Source of the DNA: Eledone cirrhosa | Lineage: Eukaryota | Assembly (NCBI GenBank): GCA_964016885.1 | Contig: OZ024740.1 | Location: forward strand, 314,092,001 to 314,156,000 | Direction of reading: 5' to 3' | Length of the DNA stretch: 64,000 nt | Part shown: positions 14,230-27,200 of the stretch, in pieces | Numbering within the stretch: the stretch's first letter is position 1 | Layout: each line of letters opens with the position of its first letter | Program-made: the position numbers and the translations under genes | The notes under the pieces: generated by a model | Told to the model about the DNA's origin: nothing | The model's database searches: none | Seen by the model: the letters and a program-made list of their open reading frames with translations, nothing else

Positions 14230-14302
14230 TAAAACTGTTATACTCTGCTATGTATTGAGTACCTTACTTACTGTGGTTACCTCCGATTCAACCCGGAATA
14301 AC

Positions 14303-14303
14303 G

Positions 14304-14343
<40 letters not shown>

Positions 14344-14434
14344 CATATATATATATGTACACATATATATATATACATATATATATATATACACACATAT
14401 ATATATATATATATATACATACATATATATATAT

Positions 14435-14471
<37 letters not shown>

Positions 14472-14602
14472 CATATATATATATACATACATATATATAT
14501 ATATATATACATACAAATATATATATATATATACATACAAATATATATATATATATACATACAAATATATATATATATACATACAAATATATATATATAT
14601 AT

Positions 14603-14666
<64 letters not shown>

Positions 14667-14678
14667 ATATATATATAT

Positions 14679-14752
<74 letters not shown>

Positions 14753-14780
14753 ATATATATATATACATACATATATATAA
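14303..14780. repeat. Irregular (TA)n/(CATA)n microsatellite
   Basis: Direct reading. Confidence 0.95.
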
Positions 14781-15279
14781 TATAAAAGAGATGTTTATTG
14801 GTTGGTTGAAACACACGAAAACTACACACACACACACACATACGCCCACATGTAAAGAGATAGAGACACAGAGGGAGAGGCAGAGAAAGATATATAGACC
14901 GTTATACAGAGAGAGATACAATTAAAGTGTTACATGTTTAGAGAGAGAGGAGCAAGTGACGTCCCACAAATATCTAGAATCGGCTTAAACTATAGATCAA
15001 AGTATCAGTTGAATGTTTAATAATATTGCGTTAGCTTTTATAAAGTCGTTTTACACCAGTCTGATTTTACAGATCAAAGAAAAATTGATACTATTTGAAA
15101 TTAATCTTCGTTGTATATTAATTTAGCTTTTAAGGATAGTGTTATTATTGGCCTAATTCAGATGACAGAGTGTCAACCTATTCTCTAAGGCTGCTATTTG
15201 CATTTATTTCTAATTTTTTATATATGTATTGTTTTGTTGGGTTTTTTTCACGATATTTTTCAAGAAAATTAATTTCGTC

Positions 15280-15973
15280 ATGCCACCAAAACACCGCTCA
15301 TCTATCGGGGGAGTTTCAATGTCAGCCAAACGGTTAAAATCTTCAAGCGAAAGAGAAACTCACGAACAATATAAAAAAATACTTGGGATGAAAGGGGCAA
15401 GTCACCATTGAGCCATTCAGCAGAATATGAGACGGGAAACAGAAAGATTAAGACAACAAGAAACGATCGCAACTTTCTGAAAGTGTACAGAACCTGAGAC
15501 AGGAAATAGAAAGATTAAGGCAAGAAAGACTATCACAAAAAGCAGAGGTTCAATATGAAAACCACCAAGAGGCAATGAGTCTTGCGATGCAAACTGGACG
15601 AGCACAAACGACTCTTCAAGGTAGAATAAACTGGCTAAGAGCTGCGTTTTCATATGATCCATCGAAGAATTATAGAAATGATCCTAAAGTAGCGATTGGT
15701 AGCATGGATATTACACTTGGCATGTGTTGCTTAGGAGGAAATGTCAGACTTCCACTGATAGAAGACCCTCCAGCTTTTATCCATATACTGCTTACAGACA
15801 ATACTAACGAAGCTAAACACTTCAGAAGCAAGGTTATACGGTATATTGCTGCGTTTCAGATGACGTACTTTGGAGCTGAAAAAGATCATACTGTCTATGG
15901 TTATTTCACAATATTTAAAATCCAAGGCCAATGCTACTATTTAATCAGCAGTTTACTCCCACCAGCCAAATAA
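15280..15973 (+). mobile_element. Helitron RepHel N-terminal fragment (decayed)
   Basis: GMCCLGGNVRLPLIEDPP..LL...F...IRYIAAFQMTYFGA...FKIQGQCYYLISSLLP matches the conserved Helitron CCxxGxVxLP...IRxYNxxFxMTSFGA...FKIQGQVYHxIGSLLP region. Confidence 0.85.
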
Positions 15974-16108
15974 GGAAGTTTTATTATTGTTTTTTTTTAT
16001 GTCTCTCTCATACACACATTACAGTCTCACCTCACACTGTAAACCAGACTACACATCCAATACAGTTATTTTCTCTTTTATCCATCTCCTCGTAACTGTT
16101 CTCCGGCG

Positions 16109-16156
<48 letters not shown>

Positions 16157-16479
16157 CACACACACACACATATATATATATACATACAGTGATCCCTCGC
16201 TTCATGCGATTTGTTTAGCACGTTTTGGGGGTCAACACGGTTTATACGATGCCACCTGTTTTTATTTAATATGGGATGAACTGTACTTTATACGATTCAA
16301 AAAATGCCAGACAGTGCTTTTATCAATGTGGTCGATAAACGTATCATTGCCTTTAGATAATTCAGCGATCCCATGCCCATCACTTGCGATAAATGAAAGG
16401 AAAGACAAACATATTCAATATACAAACTTTCATAATCTCATGAAGACCACTGAAATTATAAAACAATAATCGAGCGGTG

Positions 16480-16745
16480 TATAATAAAAACAAAACAAGC
16501 TATTAAAGGGAACAAAAGGAGAAGAAAAAGGGAAATGAAAAGAAGAAAAAGATAAAAAAATAAAACAAAGAAAGCAAATGTCGAAGGGGTTACCGCGTAG
16601 AATTGCCAGAGACACCCGCTGCAACAGCCATCCCATCTCATGGGATTCCCTCCTCAAGCAGGCCGCTGCCTTTCCGACTTTACGGAAGAAATCAGCCGTA
16701 CGGGAGACCAAGGACGCCAGAGGTCTCGATAGAGAACGGTGCAAA
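16480..16745 (-). mobile_element. 3' end of a CRE-like (restriction-like endonuclease) non-LTR element
   Basis: WLLQRVSLAILRGN resembles the C-terminal QRxSxAxQRGN motif of CRE-clade ORFs. A T-rich 3' UTR follows. Confidence 0.55.
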
Positions 16746-17299
16746 TAGGAAGTGGTTGGTCAGACCACGATAACTTACTCGTGTGTATATATATAAATCG
16801 TGTTTTTGCCTCCTAACATGACATCCATTTTGCAATCTATGAATCTTGAATTTATTAGACATATTTATTATTTAAAAATCACTTTTGAATACATGATAAT
16901 ACTAGTGGTAACCCAATTTTGATTAATCAAGTTCTAGAAAAAATTCAACATAAAATATGCAGTTGAAAATATTCGAGAGTCATGACAGTGAATGATATTA
17001 ATTAACATGAGAGCTGTAGAGGAAAAGTATCTGCTTCATTGCACCAATCATTTTATCGTGTTTAGCCAGAAAAATAGTCAAAACTAGTTACAGCTGTTGA
17101 TGATATTGGATGTGAATTTAGCTTTAACGAAATAAAGGCAACAGATGTTTAGGAATAATGGAACCCACATTGGGAAACGTTGGGTGATAGTGATCCCGTT
17201 AAGAACGATCAACAATGAGCCTATGAGTACCAAGATGGTGGATCTACAGGGAAAGGAAGCGCTTCATAAAGCAAACTGAATAATTTCAAAGAACTGTTT

Positions 17300-18208
17300 C
17301 GCACGTTCTGATTTCAAATCCCACCAGGCTTAGCTTTGCCTTTCATCCTTTCGGGGTCGATAAAATAAAATACCAGTAATGCACTAGGGTCGATTTAATT
17401 GACCTTTCCCTGTCCAAAAATTGTAAGCCTTGTGTCTAAATCAGAAACCATTGTTGAACAGTTGAAACAGCAATTTATTGACTTTCATCTCGATATTGAA
17501 AACACCTCGCCACATGGTTGATAAAGTGCTGAGTTGCTTTATAGAAAAGTATGAAAACAACTAGTAAAACACACTAACTGCTTGGATTGGTTTTCTCTTC
17601 TGTGTATAAATAATTTAGCTAGCAATCAATACTTATCATTGATTGACCAACAGTTAATAAATATAATTTATCAAAGTTCTTTCATCACACATTTCTGCCG
17701 ATAAAATAAAGTACTAGTAATGCATTGGGGCCGATTTAATCAACGTTCCCCTCCCTGCAAAAATTGTTACCCTTGTGCCAAAATCAGAAACCATTATTAG
17801 TAGTTAAACGGGCGATGAATTGGCAGTATCGGTAGAGGGTAGGACATGCTTCCCAGCATAGTTACGTCCCTTTACGATCTGAGTTCAAATCCCGCCGAGG
17901 TTAACTTTGCCTTTGATCCTTACGGTCGATAAAATAAAGTATCAGCAATGTACTGGCATAATATCTGGCCTTGTGCCAAAAGTAGAAACAATTATTAGTA
18001 GTTAAACAAAAATTCAATTTTTTCTTTGTCCGGAGTACTTTATCTGATTTACTCAACTATTATTTATATGTATCGACTATTATTATAATAGTTATTTACA
18101 TTGGGACGTTTGCATTTCAATTTTCAAATTGTCCTACTGATTCTTATGTCAACCGGATGTTCACACTTCTTTCTTTCTCTGTATTATGTCCGTCGCTCTC
18201 CTTTTATC

Positions 18209-18241
<33 letters not shown>

Positions 18242-18415
18242 TATATATTTATATATATATATTTATATATTTATATATATATATTTATATATTTATATAT
18301 ATATAATCCCGCCGAGGTTAACTTTGCCTTTCATCCTTACGGGGTCGATAAAATAAAGTACCAGTAATGCACTGGTTTATTGCTGGCCTTGTGCCAAAAG
18401 TAGAAACAATTATTA
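17300..18415 (+). mobile_element. Cluster of tRNA-derived SINE copies (17300-17450, 17695-17800, 17810-17995, 18305-18415)
   Basis: Repeated core GCCTTTCATCCTTACGGGGTCGATAAAATAAAGTACCAG and tail CCTTGTGCCAAAAGTAGAAACAATTATT. Confidence 0.85.
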
Positions 18416-18641
18416 TTATTATATTATACTATGTATACATCGAAGCTGAAGATGCGATAGAACAGACACCAGCCGAATTATTTGTGTCAGTCCCAAAGCA
18501 ATCATAAAGTTATATAAGGGTGATATATATATATATATATATGTGGGGCGGGGGTGCGCGCGCGCGCGTATGCGTGTGTGTGTGTGTGTGTATGTCTGTA
18601 GGTGTCAGTTTATGTTCAGACCTGTATATATATATATATAT

Positions 18642-18706
<65 letters not shown>

Positions 18707-18713
<7 letters not shown>

Positions 18714-19377
18714 AAAAAGAGATGAAATCGAAAATGCAACTGAAGTCTTATTTTTTTTTAAAATATATATATTTATTTGGTTCCTTTACCGGTTTCGCAG
18801 TTCTTCTGCTTTTCAAAAGGTGAGTTGAGATGGAGGGTCTGTGGTTTTTCTCACATCTGGTTGGTCTCTGAATGTTACTTGTTTTATATGGAAAAAGTGG
18901 CTCGAAATTCCAGGTTTTTCGAGAAGTAATTTGATTGGTTTGTCAATAATTATAATAAATTTCGCGCCAGTTCGCGTTACAATAGTTCTTCAAATAAGAG
19001 AGGGGGTGGGGGGTTGTCACAGGTTGTTTTTTCATATATGAGTGTTTGAATTTCTTTTTACTTGAAAAAAGGAGGCTCACGAAGGCTTTTTTTTGGTTGG
19101 TTATAAATGAAATTTGGCTGTCACGTGAAGAAGTTTTTATTACATTTTTGCGCCCTTATTTGGAAAACTATTCTGTAGTCTTTATAGTGAATGTATATAA
19201 AACAAGTAACATTCAGAGACCAACCAGATGTGAGAAAAACCACAGACCCTCCATCTCAACTCACCTTTTGAAAAGCAGAAGAACTGCGAAACCGGTAAAG
19301 GAACCAAATAAATATATATATTTTTTAAAAAAATAAGACTTCAGTTGCATTTTCGATTTCATCTCTTTTTCTTTATA
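18707..19377. mobile_element. Inverted repeat (about 183-bp arms, about 305-bp spacer) of PLE-type terminal repeat
   Basis: 18707-18889 is the reverse complement of 19195-19377. TA tracts flank it, and each arm carries a hammerhead. Confidence 0.85.
19264..19301 (+). ncRNA. Minimal type I hammerhead with U3-A8 compensatory core (mirror at 18783-18820 on -)
   Basis: CCUU-UUGAAAA-GCAG AAGAA CUGC-GAAAC-CG-GUA-AAGG. All three stems are complementary and the triplet is GUA. Confidence 0.75.
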
Positions 19378-19433
19378 CTTTCACTCGTGTAGGACACCTC
19401 GGTTATTTTTCATTTTGTAAAAAAAAACCTCAC

Positions 19434-19499
<66 letters not shown>

Positions 19500-20394
19500 T
19501 TTTTTCTTTTTTCTATATTTCAACATCTTCATCTTTTTCGCTTTTCATTCTCTCTTTCAAAATGCCTGTAGCCTTTTCTGTCTTTTACTTTCTATCTTTT
19601 AATTTCTTTTTCTCATATATCATTCCAGGTCATATCTCGCTCTTACTCTCTCTCTCTATATTTAGCATTATCTGTCTACATCAGTCATTCTGTCTGCTAA
19701 TCAGTCACTTTCCTTCCCGCAAATATATTTCTCCTTCTCTCTCTATATATATATATATATATCACACATACGCAAATACACACATCTCTTTCAAATTACC
19801 CTGTTCGAGCGCCCTCCTTATGTTAAGAGATCACATACAGACGCCCACCAGAGAGGACCACATCTTCTTATCCTAAGTGATAAGGAAAGATTCGGTACAT
19901 TTCATAAGTTCCATCGTTTTGTAGACCACCAAGTCACGACTAACACTGGAAGCTAACATAATTACGTCATAAATGTTTACCCCAAACTAAATAACTATAG
20001 TGTTATGCAAGCCAAACATACAAGTTATTTAAACATTCTAGATAAGAAAGTGTTCCACGAAGATTCACATAATGACACAACCAGAAAACGCCAATGCTGA
20101 CTGACGTGATGAAATAACTATAGCTGAGGTTAAATAGCTGAAATTGTTTCCTGAAAATTGCGGCCATGCATATTATCTGAAGCTGATAAACTAGTTAGCA
20201 GGTCGACCAGATTATATTTCAGTTAGATATTATTTGAAATATGTACCATTGGAACTTACGACATCTTCATGAAGCTACCTTCAAAACATTCGGCGACATC
20301 ATGCTTCATCGAATTAAAACAAATTAAAATACTTATTTAATTAGTTATTCCCCAATCATAATTGTTTGGGGATTCAATCACTCAAAAATACTTT

Positions 20395-20740
20395 ACTGCT
20401 CTAAGTTAAACATGCATGGTCCCGTAACTCCTGAGTGAGTTGTAGGGGCGCCATTTTGACATATTGCGTTTCTAGGGCATTTTTGTTTTCTTTTTAAACC
20501 TGGTGGAACACATCTCCTCTCCAGCCCTGAATACACCAGAAGTGAGAAAAAGATATAGAGGAAGAATCTACCCCAGTACTAGACTGGTACTTTTTGTTAT
20601 CGATTTCGAGTACATGGAAGGCAAAGTTGGCTTCGGTGGGATTTGAAGCCAACTTCGATGGGATTTAGCAGAAAGCTAAAATGAATACTGAAAAGTATTC
20701 TATCAACGAAGCATTCTAACAACTCTGCCAATTCACCACC
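20395..20740 (-). mobile_element. SINE with alternative long 3' tail
   Basis: A degenerate SINE head and core (20570-20740) is joined to a tail (..GGCGCCCCTACAACTCACTCAGGAGTTACGGGACCATG). The same tail occurs at 21815-21995, 26940-27055, 28075-28225 and 36920-37028. Confidence 0.6.
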
Positions 20741-21654
20741 TTATCTAGTATGAGATATCGTATAAAATATCAGCTCTAAAAAGGTCTGTTTTAAATAAAT
20801 AATAGCAATTTCATTTACCCGAGAATATTACTGTTATTTTATTCATGCTAGTTCATCTTCACACATCACTCGTATATTACAGGCGATGTACAACACTGCA
20901 TTGTTAACGATAAAAATGAGATGACTCAAACCAAATATCAAAAGTAATTAATAAGGTCCTCTCTCGTTTCTGTTAAATCAATCGTTATCATTGTTTCAAT
21001 ATATTCAAGTAAATTTTGGACGGAGGGACATTATGAATTCTGGAACGTCTGCTAGATATATAAATTAGTCGGGGTGGAAAACAAACTGAAAGATATGGAG
21101 GGGAAATAGAGAAAAGGGACATTTTGATAGAGATAATGAGAAAACAGGCAGGATATACCTACAAAGTGTATCGATATACCTACAAAGTGTATCGAACTTA
21201 AGCCTAAGCTCATCAGAACGGAGTTGGCTGTCGGCAGGTGCGTCGCCCTCACCGTCCTACAGGGCAATGCATTCTCCATCCTGTCGGCCGGGACCCAGAG
21301 GCGGGGGATTAGTTAATGGAGGTGGAGAATACTCGTTCGGACGTTACACATTTACATATACTTAATAACAAAAGGTTTAAATACCAGCACCATGAAATCA
21401 AACAATATTCCCGAGTAGAGGGTAGCTCACTAAATCCTGTTGTTACATTGATAGTCAACTGAAATATTTCACCTGTTGGTTGGAGTTTATGTACCATTTA
21501 TTAGTTAAAAACCTTTATTCGCTATTCTATATATAATTTTAAAATAAAACTTTATCAATGAAAAAGAGCATTTCCTGTGAATGGAGAAAATGTTTTACGT
21601 GTTGTTTACGTTTTGCCACCAATATTTCTTGTATTAAATATACAATAGTAACGT

Positions 21655-21995
21655 CAAACTGGCAGAGTCGTTAGACAGGTGAATAGTATACTTTGCGGTA
21701 TTTGTTTCGGATAATTGCTCTCGGAGTTTAAATCCTGCTGAGGTCAACATTACCTTTTATCCATTCGAGGTCGATAAAAAAAGAAACATACCAGTCTAGT
21801 ACTGGGGTCAATTCTTCCTCTTTATTTATTTCTCGCTTTCATTCTCTCTCTCATTCTATCCTTCTCTGGAAGAAAACTACAGTATTCAGACCTGGAGATA
21901 AGATAGGCTCCGTCAGGTTTTAAATGAACTAGAAACTCCGTATGTCAAAACTGTGCCCCACGACTCCCTCGGGAGTTACAGGACCATGCATGTAT
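21655..21995 (+). mobile_element. SINE with alternative long 3' tail
   Basis: TGGCAGAGTCGTTAGA head, GAGTTTAAATCC B-box-like motif, core, then tail CGACTCCCTCGGGAGTTACAGGACCATG. Confidence 0.65.
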
Positions 21996-22124
21996 TAGAA
22001 GAGAGCATTAAAAGATTTCTAGAAGGTGTAAGCTTGTGACACGTCGTAGTAGCTAATAATCATCTCCAGCAAAATGTTCATCACGCAAAATCTATATAAG
22101 CTCTAGTCATAGAACCTGTTGATT

Positions 22125-22174
22125 GAATGTCCTGATGAGAAATTAACGACTCTTGAAACAGCTGTCTGGCGTTC
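22125..22174 (+). ncRNA. Hammerhead motif, slightly degenerate
   Basis: GAAUGUC-CUGAUGA-GAAAUUAACGACUCUU-GAAAC-AGCU-GUC-U-GGCGUUC. It has the canonical GUC triplet and a palindromic AGCU loop. Stem I pairs only with one bulged U, and stem II is weak. Confidence 0.55.
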
Positions 22175-22473
22175 TCAACGGCTACTGAGAAAAATATTGT
22201 TCTCATAACGTATTTTTTCCCTTAAATAGCGAGGCTCCCTTATGTTTATTGTATATAAACATATAGTATATGCTTTCATTTACATCTTTATTGTGCTTGG
22301 TGTTACATTAGTGTTAGTTCCAATTAATATATACATACATATATATGGGGGTGGGAGTACATACATACACACAAACATCCATACAGACATCGGCAGTTAC
22401 ATACATATTTACAGATAGACATATACATATATCATACATACGTACGTACTTTCATGCATGCATATAATCATTT

Positions 22474-23131
22474 TAGTCCAGCCAGTGACTTGAAAACTCT
22501 GGTACACTTGTGACAATTATTGACACATAGTGCTGGGCCCATGGTACCATGTGACGACAAGTGCAGAGAGATCTCCAGATATAAAGCAATGCCTGTGCCG
22601 TGAAGCTTTTATAGTGAGCAAAGGCACTGCACAAAGCCAGTCCCACTCTCTTAACCAATACATACATACATACATACATACATACATACATACATACATA
22701 CATACATACATACATACATACATGGTGGCTGCCAACTCGTTTTCAAGTACGGCCACTACTTTATATCCATGTAGGAGAACTCCTACCGATGCGCTGAACG
22801 AGTTTGACTTTTTAGTCCAGCCAGCGACTTGAAAACTCTGGTACAAACACTACACTTGTGACAATTATTGACACATAGTGCTGGGCCCATGGTACCATGT
22901 GATGACAAGTGCAGAGAGATCTCCAGATACAAAGCAATGCCTGTGCCGTGAAGCTTTTATAGTGAGCAAAGGCACTGCACAAAGCCAGTCCCACTCTCTT
23001 AACCAAGATGATATTTACCAAAAAGAAGAACAAGTCAACATCATTGGATACCATCAGGGTTGCAGGTGTTATATCAGAGTTTTCCTTCTCCTAGAATTCT
23101 ACCTTGACAAAGGCTAAGAGGTCATCTCTCC
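22474..23131 (-). mobile_element. Two partial copies of the RTE-derived bipartite element separated by (CATA)n
   Basis: 22474-22657 and 22722-23131 are near-identical to parts of 10274-10882. Confidence 0.85.
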
Positions 23132-23134
23132 CTG

Positions 23135-23760
<626 letters not shown>

Positions 23761-23844
23761 GTACAAGTACGATTTGTTAAGCCTTCATTACAAAATCGTC
23801 CTTGTATTATTATATTATTACAGTGTATGTGTGTTTGTGTGTGT

Positions 23845-24250
23845 GGCGGTGGATTGGCAGTATCGGTAGAGGGTCGGACGCCATGCTTTGACACAAAGAG
23901 TTACGGCCCTTGCCATTCTGAGTTCAAACCCCGCTAAGGTTAACTTTGCCTTTCATCCTTACGGGGTCGATAAAATAAAGTACCAGTAATGTACTGGTTA
24001 ATTTGCTGGCCTTGTGCCAATAGTAGAAACAATTATTATATTATTATAGTGGGTTGGCAGTATCGATAGAAGGTCGGACGCTATGCTTTGTAGCCCTTTG
24101 TTGGACGCTATGCTTTGTGGCCCTTTGTTGTCTTAGTTCAAATCCCGCCGAGGTTAACTTTGCCTTTCATCCTTATGGGGTCGATAATATAAAGTAGCAG
24201 TAATGTACTGGGTAATTGCTGGCCTTGTGCCAAAAGTAGAAACAATTATT
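23845..24250 (+). mobile_element. Two tandem tRNA-derived SINE copies
   Basis: Full consensus present twice: GGCGGTGGATTGGCAGTATCGGTAGAG ... AGTAGAAACAATTATT. Confidence 0.88.
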
Positions 24251-24356
24251 ATATTACACTCTGTCTAGCTCTACACTCGTCGATGTTTAGGTTCACCTCA
24301 GTGGCGAGGTGTAGAGCGAGCCAGAGTGTAATATAATAATTGTTTCTACTGTTGGC

Positions 24357-24407
<51 letters not shown>

Positions 24408-24698
24408 CAAACACACATACATACACACATACACATAATCTGGCTTTCCTGGATGATAGGTTTGTTTATATTTCAAATATATTAAAGTTTGTGTGTGTAT
24501 GTGTATGTATGTATTGGTGTATGTGTGTATGTGTGTGTGTGCGGGTAGGAGGAGGAGTGTATCCACATATGGTTCTATGGTTGATATAATCAAATGTAAC
24601 TCCGGAAGATGGAGTTCAAGTATGGCCTCAGTCCGAATAGATATATATTCTATTTTCAATCTTAAGCTGCATTTACAAATGTTCATATATATATGTGT

Positions 24699-24733
<35 letters not shown>

Positions 24734-24971
24734 AATCAGATTTTGAATTGTTATTTATGTTCCTTGAATATATCAAAAGCAATCCTTTGTAGCACAAATG
24801 TATATATTAGCGAAGCTTTATTCGCTTCGTATTTAAACTAGGATAGCAAATGAATCTTCTTACCACGAGGAGTAACATTTCAAATCACTGACACCACTGC
24901 AATTAAGAAAAAGAAGAGCGAGCTACATTGCTTGAAGTATTCTGTATTATATATAATGTGGAAAAGGATAT

Positions 24972-25281
24972 ATGTAAAATGGACGGTAAAATGAAGGCAA
25001 CGAAAAAGTTTGATCCCTGCTATTTATTATTATCATTTTTTTTTTTTCTTTCGTTCTAATATTTCGGGACTTAAAATTCCCTTCCTCAGAGTATGTGGAA
25101 CACTCAGAATATGGGGAACTCTTAAATTTCAAAGCGATTAGACCAAGAGTTCCCCATACACCAAGGAAGAGATTTTAAGTCCCGAAATATTAGGACCAAA
25201 GCAAAAAAATAAAAAGACAATAATAATAATTACCAGGTAACAAACTTTTTCGTTGCCTTCATTTTACCATCCATTTCACAT
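24972..25281. repeat. Diverged fold-back inverted repeat with degenerate hammerhead
   Basis: Paired arms are GGACGGTAAAATGAAGGCAACGAAAAAGTTTG / CAAACTTTTTCGTTGCCTTCATTTTACCATCC and CTAATATTTCGGGACTTAAAAT / ATTTTAAGTCCCGAAATATTAG. The minus strand has CUGAGGA-AGGGA..UCCC-GAAAUAUU. Confidence 0.75.
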
Positions 25282-25680
25282 TGCCTTACTCTTCTTAAAC
25301 ATCATTTTCTATATTATATATTATATACTATATCCAGTCAAATGAGATGGTCAAGGCTGGAATCTCTTTGATAGTAGGTCCGATCAATCAATACGGATAA
25401 TTATTGCTGTCACTGTTTCGGTCACAATTGAACCCCTCATCGTGATACAATGTTTCGACTACGCTTGATGAACCCTAATTATGGACTGTTACCAGAGTTA
25501 GAACCCATTATAGAAGATATATTTTGAAAACTAGAAAATTCAAAATACTTTAAAATTAAAGAATTGCAAAGACGTTACCTTTCAACGTGTTTCGCTCATT
25601 TTCAGCTGTGGGTTCAATTTGTTCTATCGTGTCCATGAAATCGAAACTGTTACCCAGTTCTATTTGGGAAGATATAAAGC

Positions 25681-25745
<65 letters not shown>

Positions 25746-25939
25746 GTCAGCAAAGCATTCAAACAATACTGAATGATATACACACAAACACAATGTTACT
25801 TTTTTATAATATTAGATAAGTTTTCATGTCAAACCCTACAAAAGTTCTAAACACATTGGATGATGGCGAGAACTTGATCATCTCTTTCAAATTTTGTTTG
25901 GTTTCTAATTCTTACATATTATATACATCTCATATAATT

Positions 25940-25960
25940 TACCTTTTTTTTCCTTTTCAG
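25940..25960 (+). promoter_or_regulatory. Probable splice acceptor upstream of first coding exon (5' UTR intron)
   Basis: Polypyrimidine tract ACCTTTTTTTTCCTTTTCAG ending at 25960, 184 nt before the ATG. Confidence 0.55.
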
Positions 25961-26144
25961 ATATTTTACAGATGTAATTAAATGAATTAATTAAGAAATA
26001 TACTACAATTATCTATATATCTATCTATATCTACATATATATATCTGAGGACAATCCTAAGGTTTTTATAATCTTATTGGAGAACAAAAGCGTTTTCGTG
26101 CTTCAACTTGCACGCAAAAACTATTGGATATGGTACTTTAAGCA

Positions 26145-26461
26145 ATGGGAGCACCATTGAGTACCGGAACAACAACAGAACAAAAACCAACGGAACAAAA
26201 ACCGACGGAACAAAAGACAACGGAAGAAATACCAACTGAAGAAATACCAACGGAAGAAATACCAACGGAAGAAATACCAACGGAAGATAAAACAAGTAAA
26301 CTAAAAACAACAGAAGAGAAATCCGAAACTATGCCTTCTATAAACGAGGAATCGGTTGATCCTGCTACTGGATTGACGGTCAAAGAAAAAGCTGCTATCG
26401 TTGAGAGCTGGCAACATGTTTTACCAAACCAGAAGGTTTTATCTATGGCATTCTTCGAAAA
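26145..26461 (+). CDS. Globin, coding exon 1 (N-terminal extension plus A/B helices)
   Basis: The ATG is preceded by an in-frame TAA. Translation is MGAPLS..., PTEQK/PTEEI repeats, VDPATGLTVKEKAAIVESWQHV...AFFEK. It ends AA|GTAAGT (phase 2, B12.2 position). Confidence 0.9.
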
Positions 26462-26939
26462 GTAAGTGTCAACATTTTATCATATACATAGCATAAACAT
26501 TGTTTAGATATACAGAGTGGCGCAAAAGTCACGCACTACGCTAATCATCATATTATGAATATATATTACATTTATTTACTGAGAAAAATAACAAGTATGA
26601 ATATATTATGGCAGAGTGTCATTTTACTGCTGCACAACTTTTGTGCCACCCTGTATATGCATGCATGTAGTCCCGGCGATTCTAGGGCATATATCTTTTT
26701 TTTTCTTTTTAACCCTTTCATGACCACATTTTTAATGAAATACACTCAATTTTAATTAATTAATGAAGAATTTTGGGGGATTTACTAAAATTATTAATTA
26801 TTTAATTACTAAGATAATAACTTAATGTAAGGTTCTTATATAAAATTATGCTAGAAGATTTTAATTTTTATTTGAAACCTTTAAAATGGGTGGTTTTATT
26901 TCATAGAACCGTAGCCGGTTTTGGCCGGATTGATAACTA

Positions 26940-27200
26940 AAGAGTTAAACCTGGCGGAGTCCATCTCCTCTCCAGGTCTAAATACAGTAGATTTCTTCCA
27001 GAAAAGTACAGGCATTGAGGGAATGGAAGTGAGAAAAAGATATAAAGGAGGAATCGACCCCAGTACGTGACTGGTTCCTTTTTATCTATTTCGAATGAAT
27101 GAAAGTTGACCTCAGCGGGATTTGAACTCAGATAGCAGAGCACCGAAGCGAATACCGCAAAGCATACTACTCCACATTTTAACGACTCCACCAATTTGCG
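26940..27200 (-). mobile_element. SINE with alternative tail (intronic)
   Basis: Reverse complement of the SINE head and core joined to the tail seen at 20395-20570. Confidence 0.65.

Noticed and set aside
23845-23935. tRNA genes suggested by A/B-box motifs (many copies)
   Set aside because: They are SINE heads that continue into a shared core and tail and do not form complete cloverleaves.
25405-25480. Minus-strand CGATGA..GAAAC fragments
   Set aside because: The core lacks U4 and the stems cannot be closed. It is too degenerate to call.
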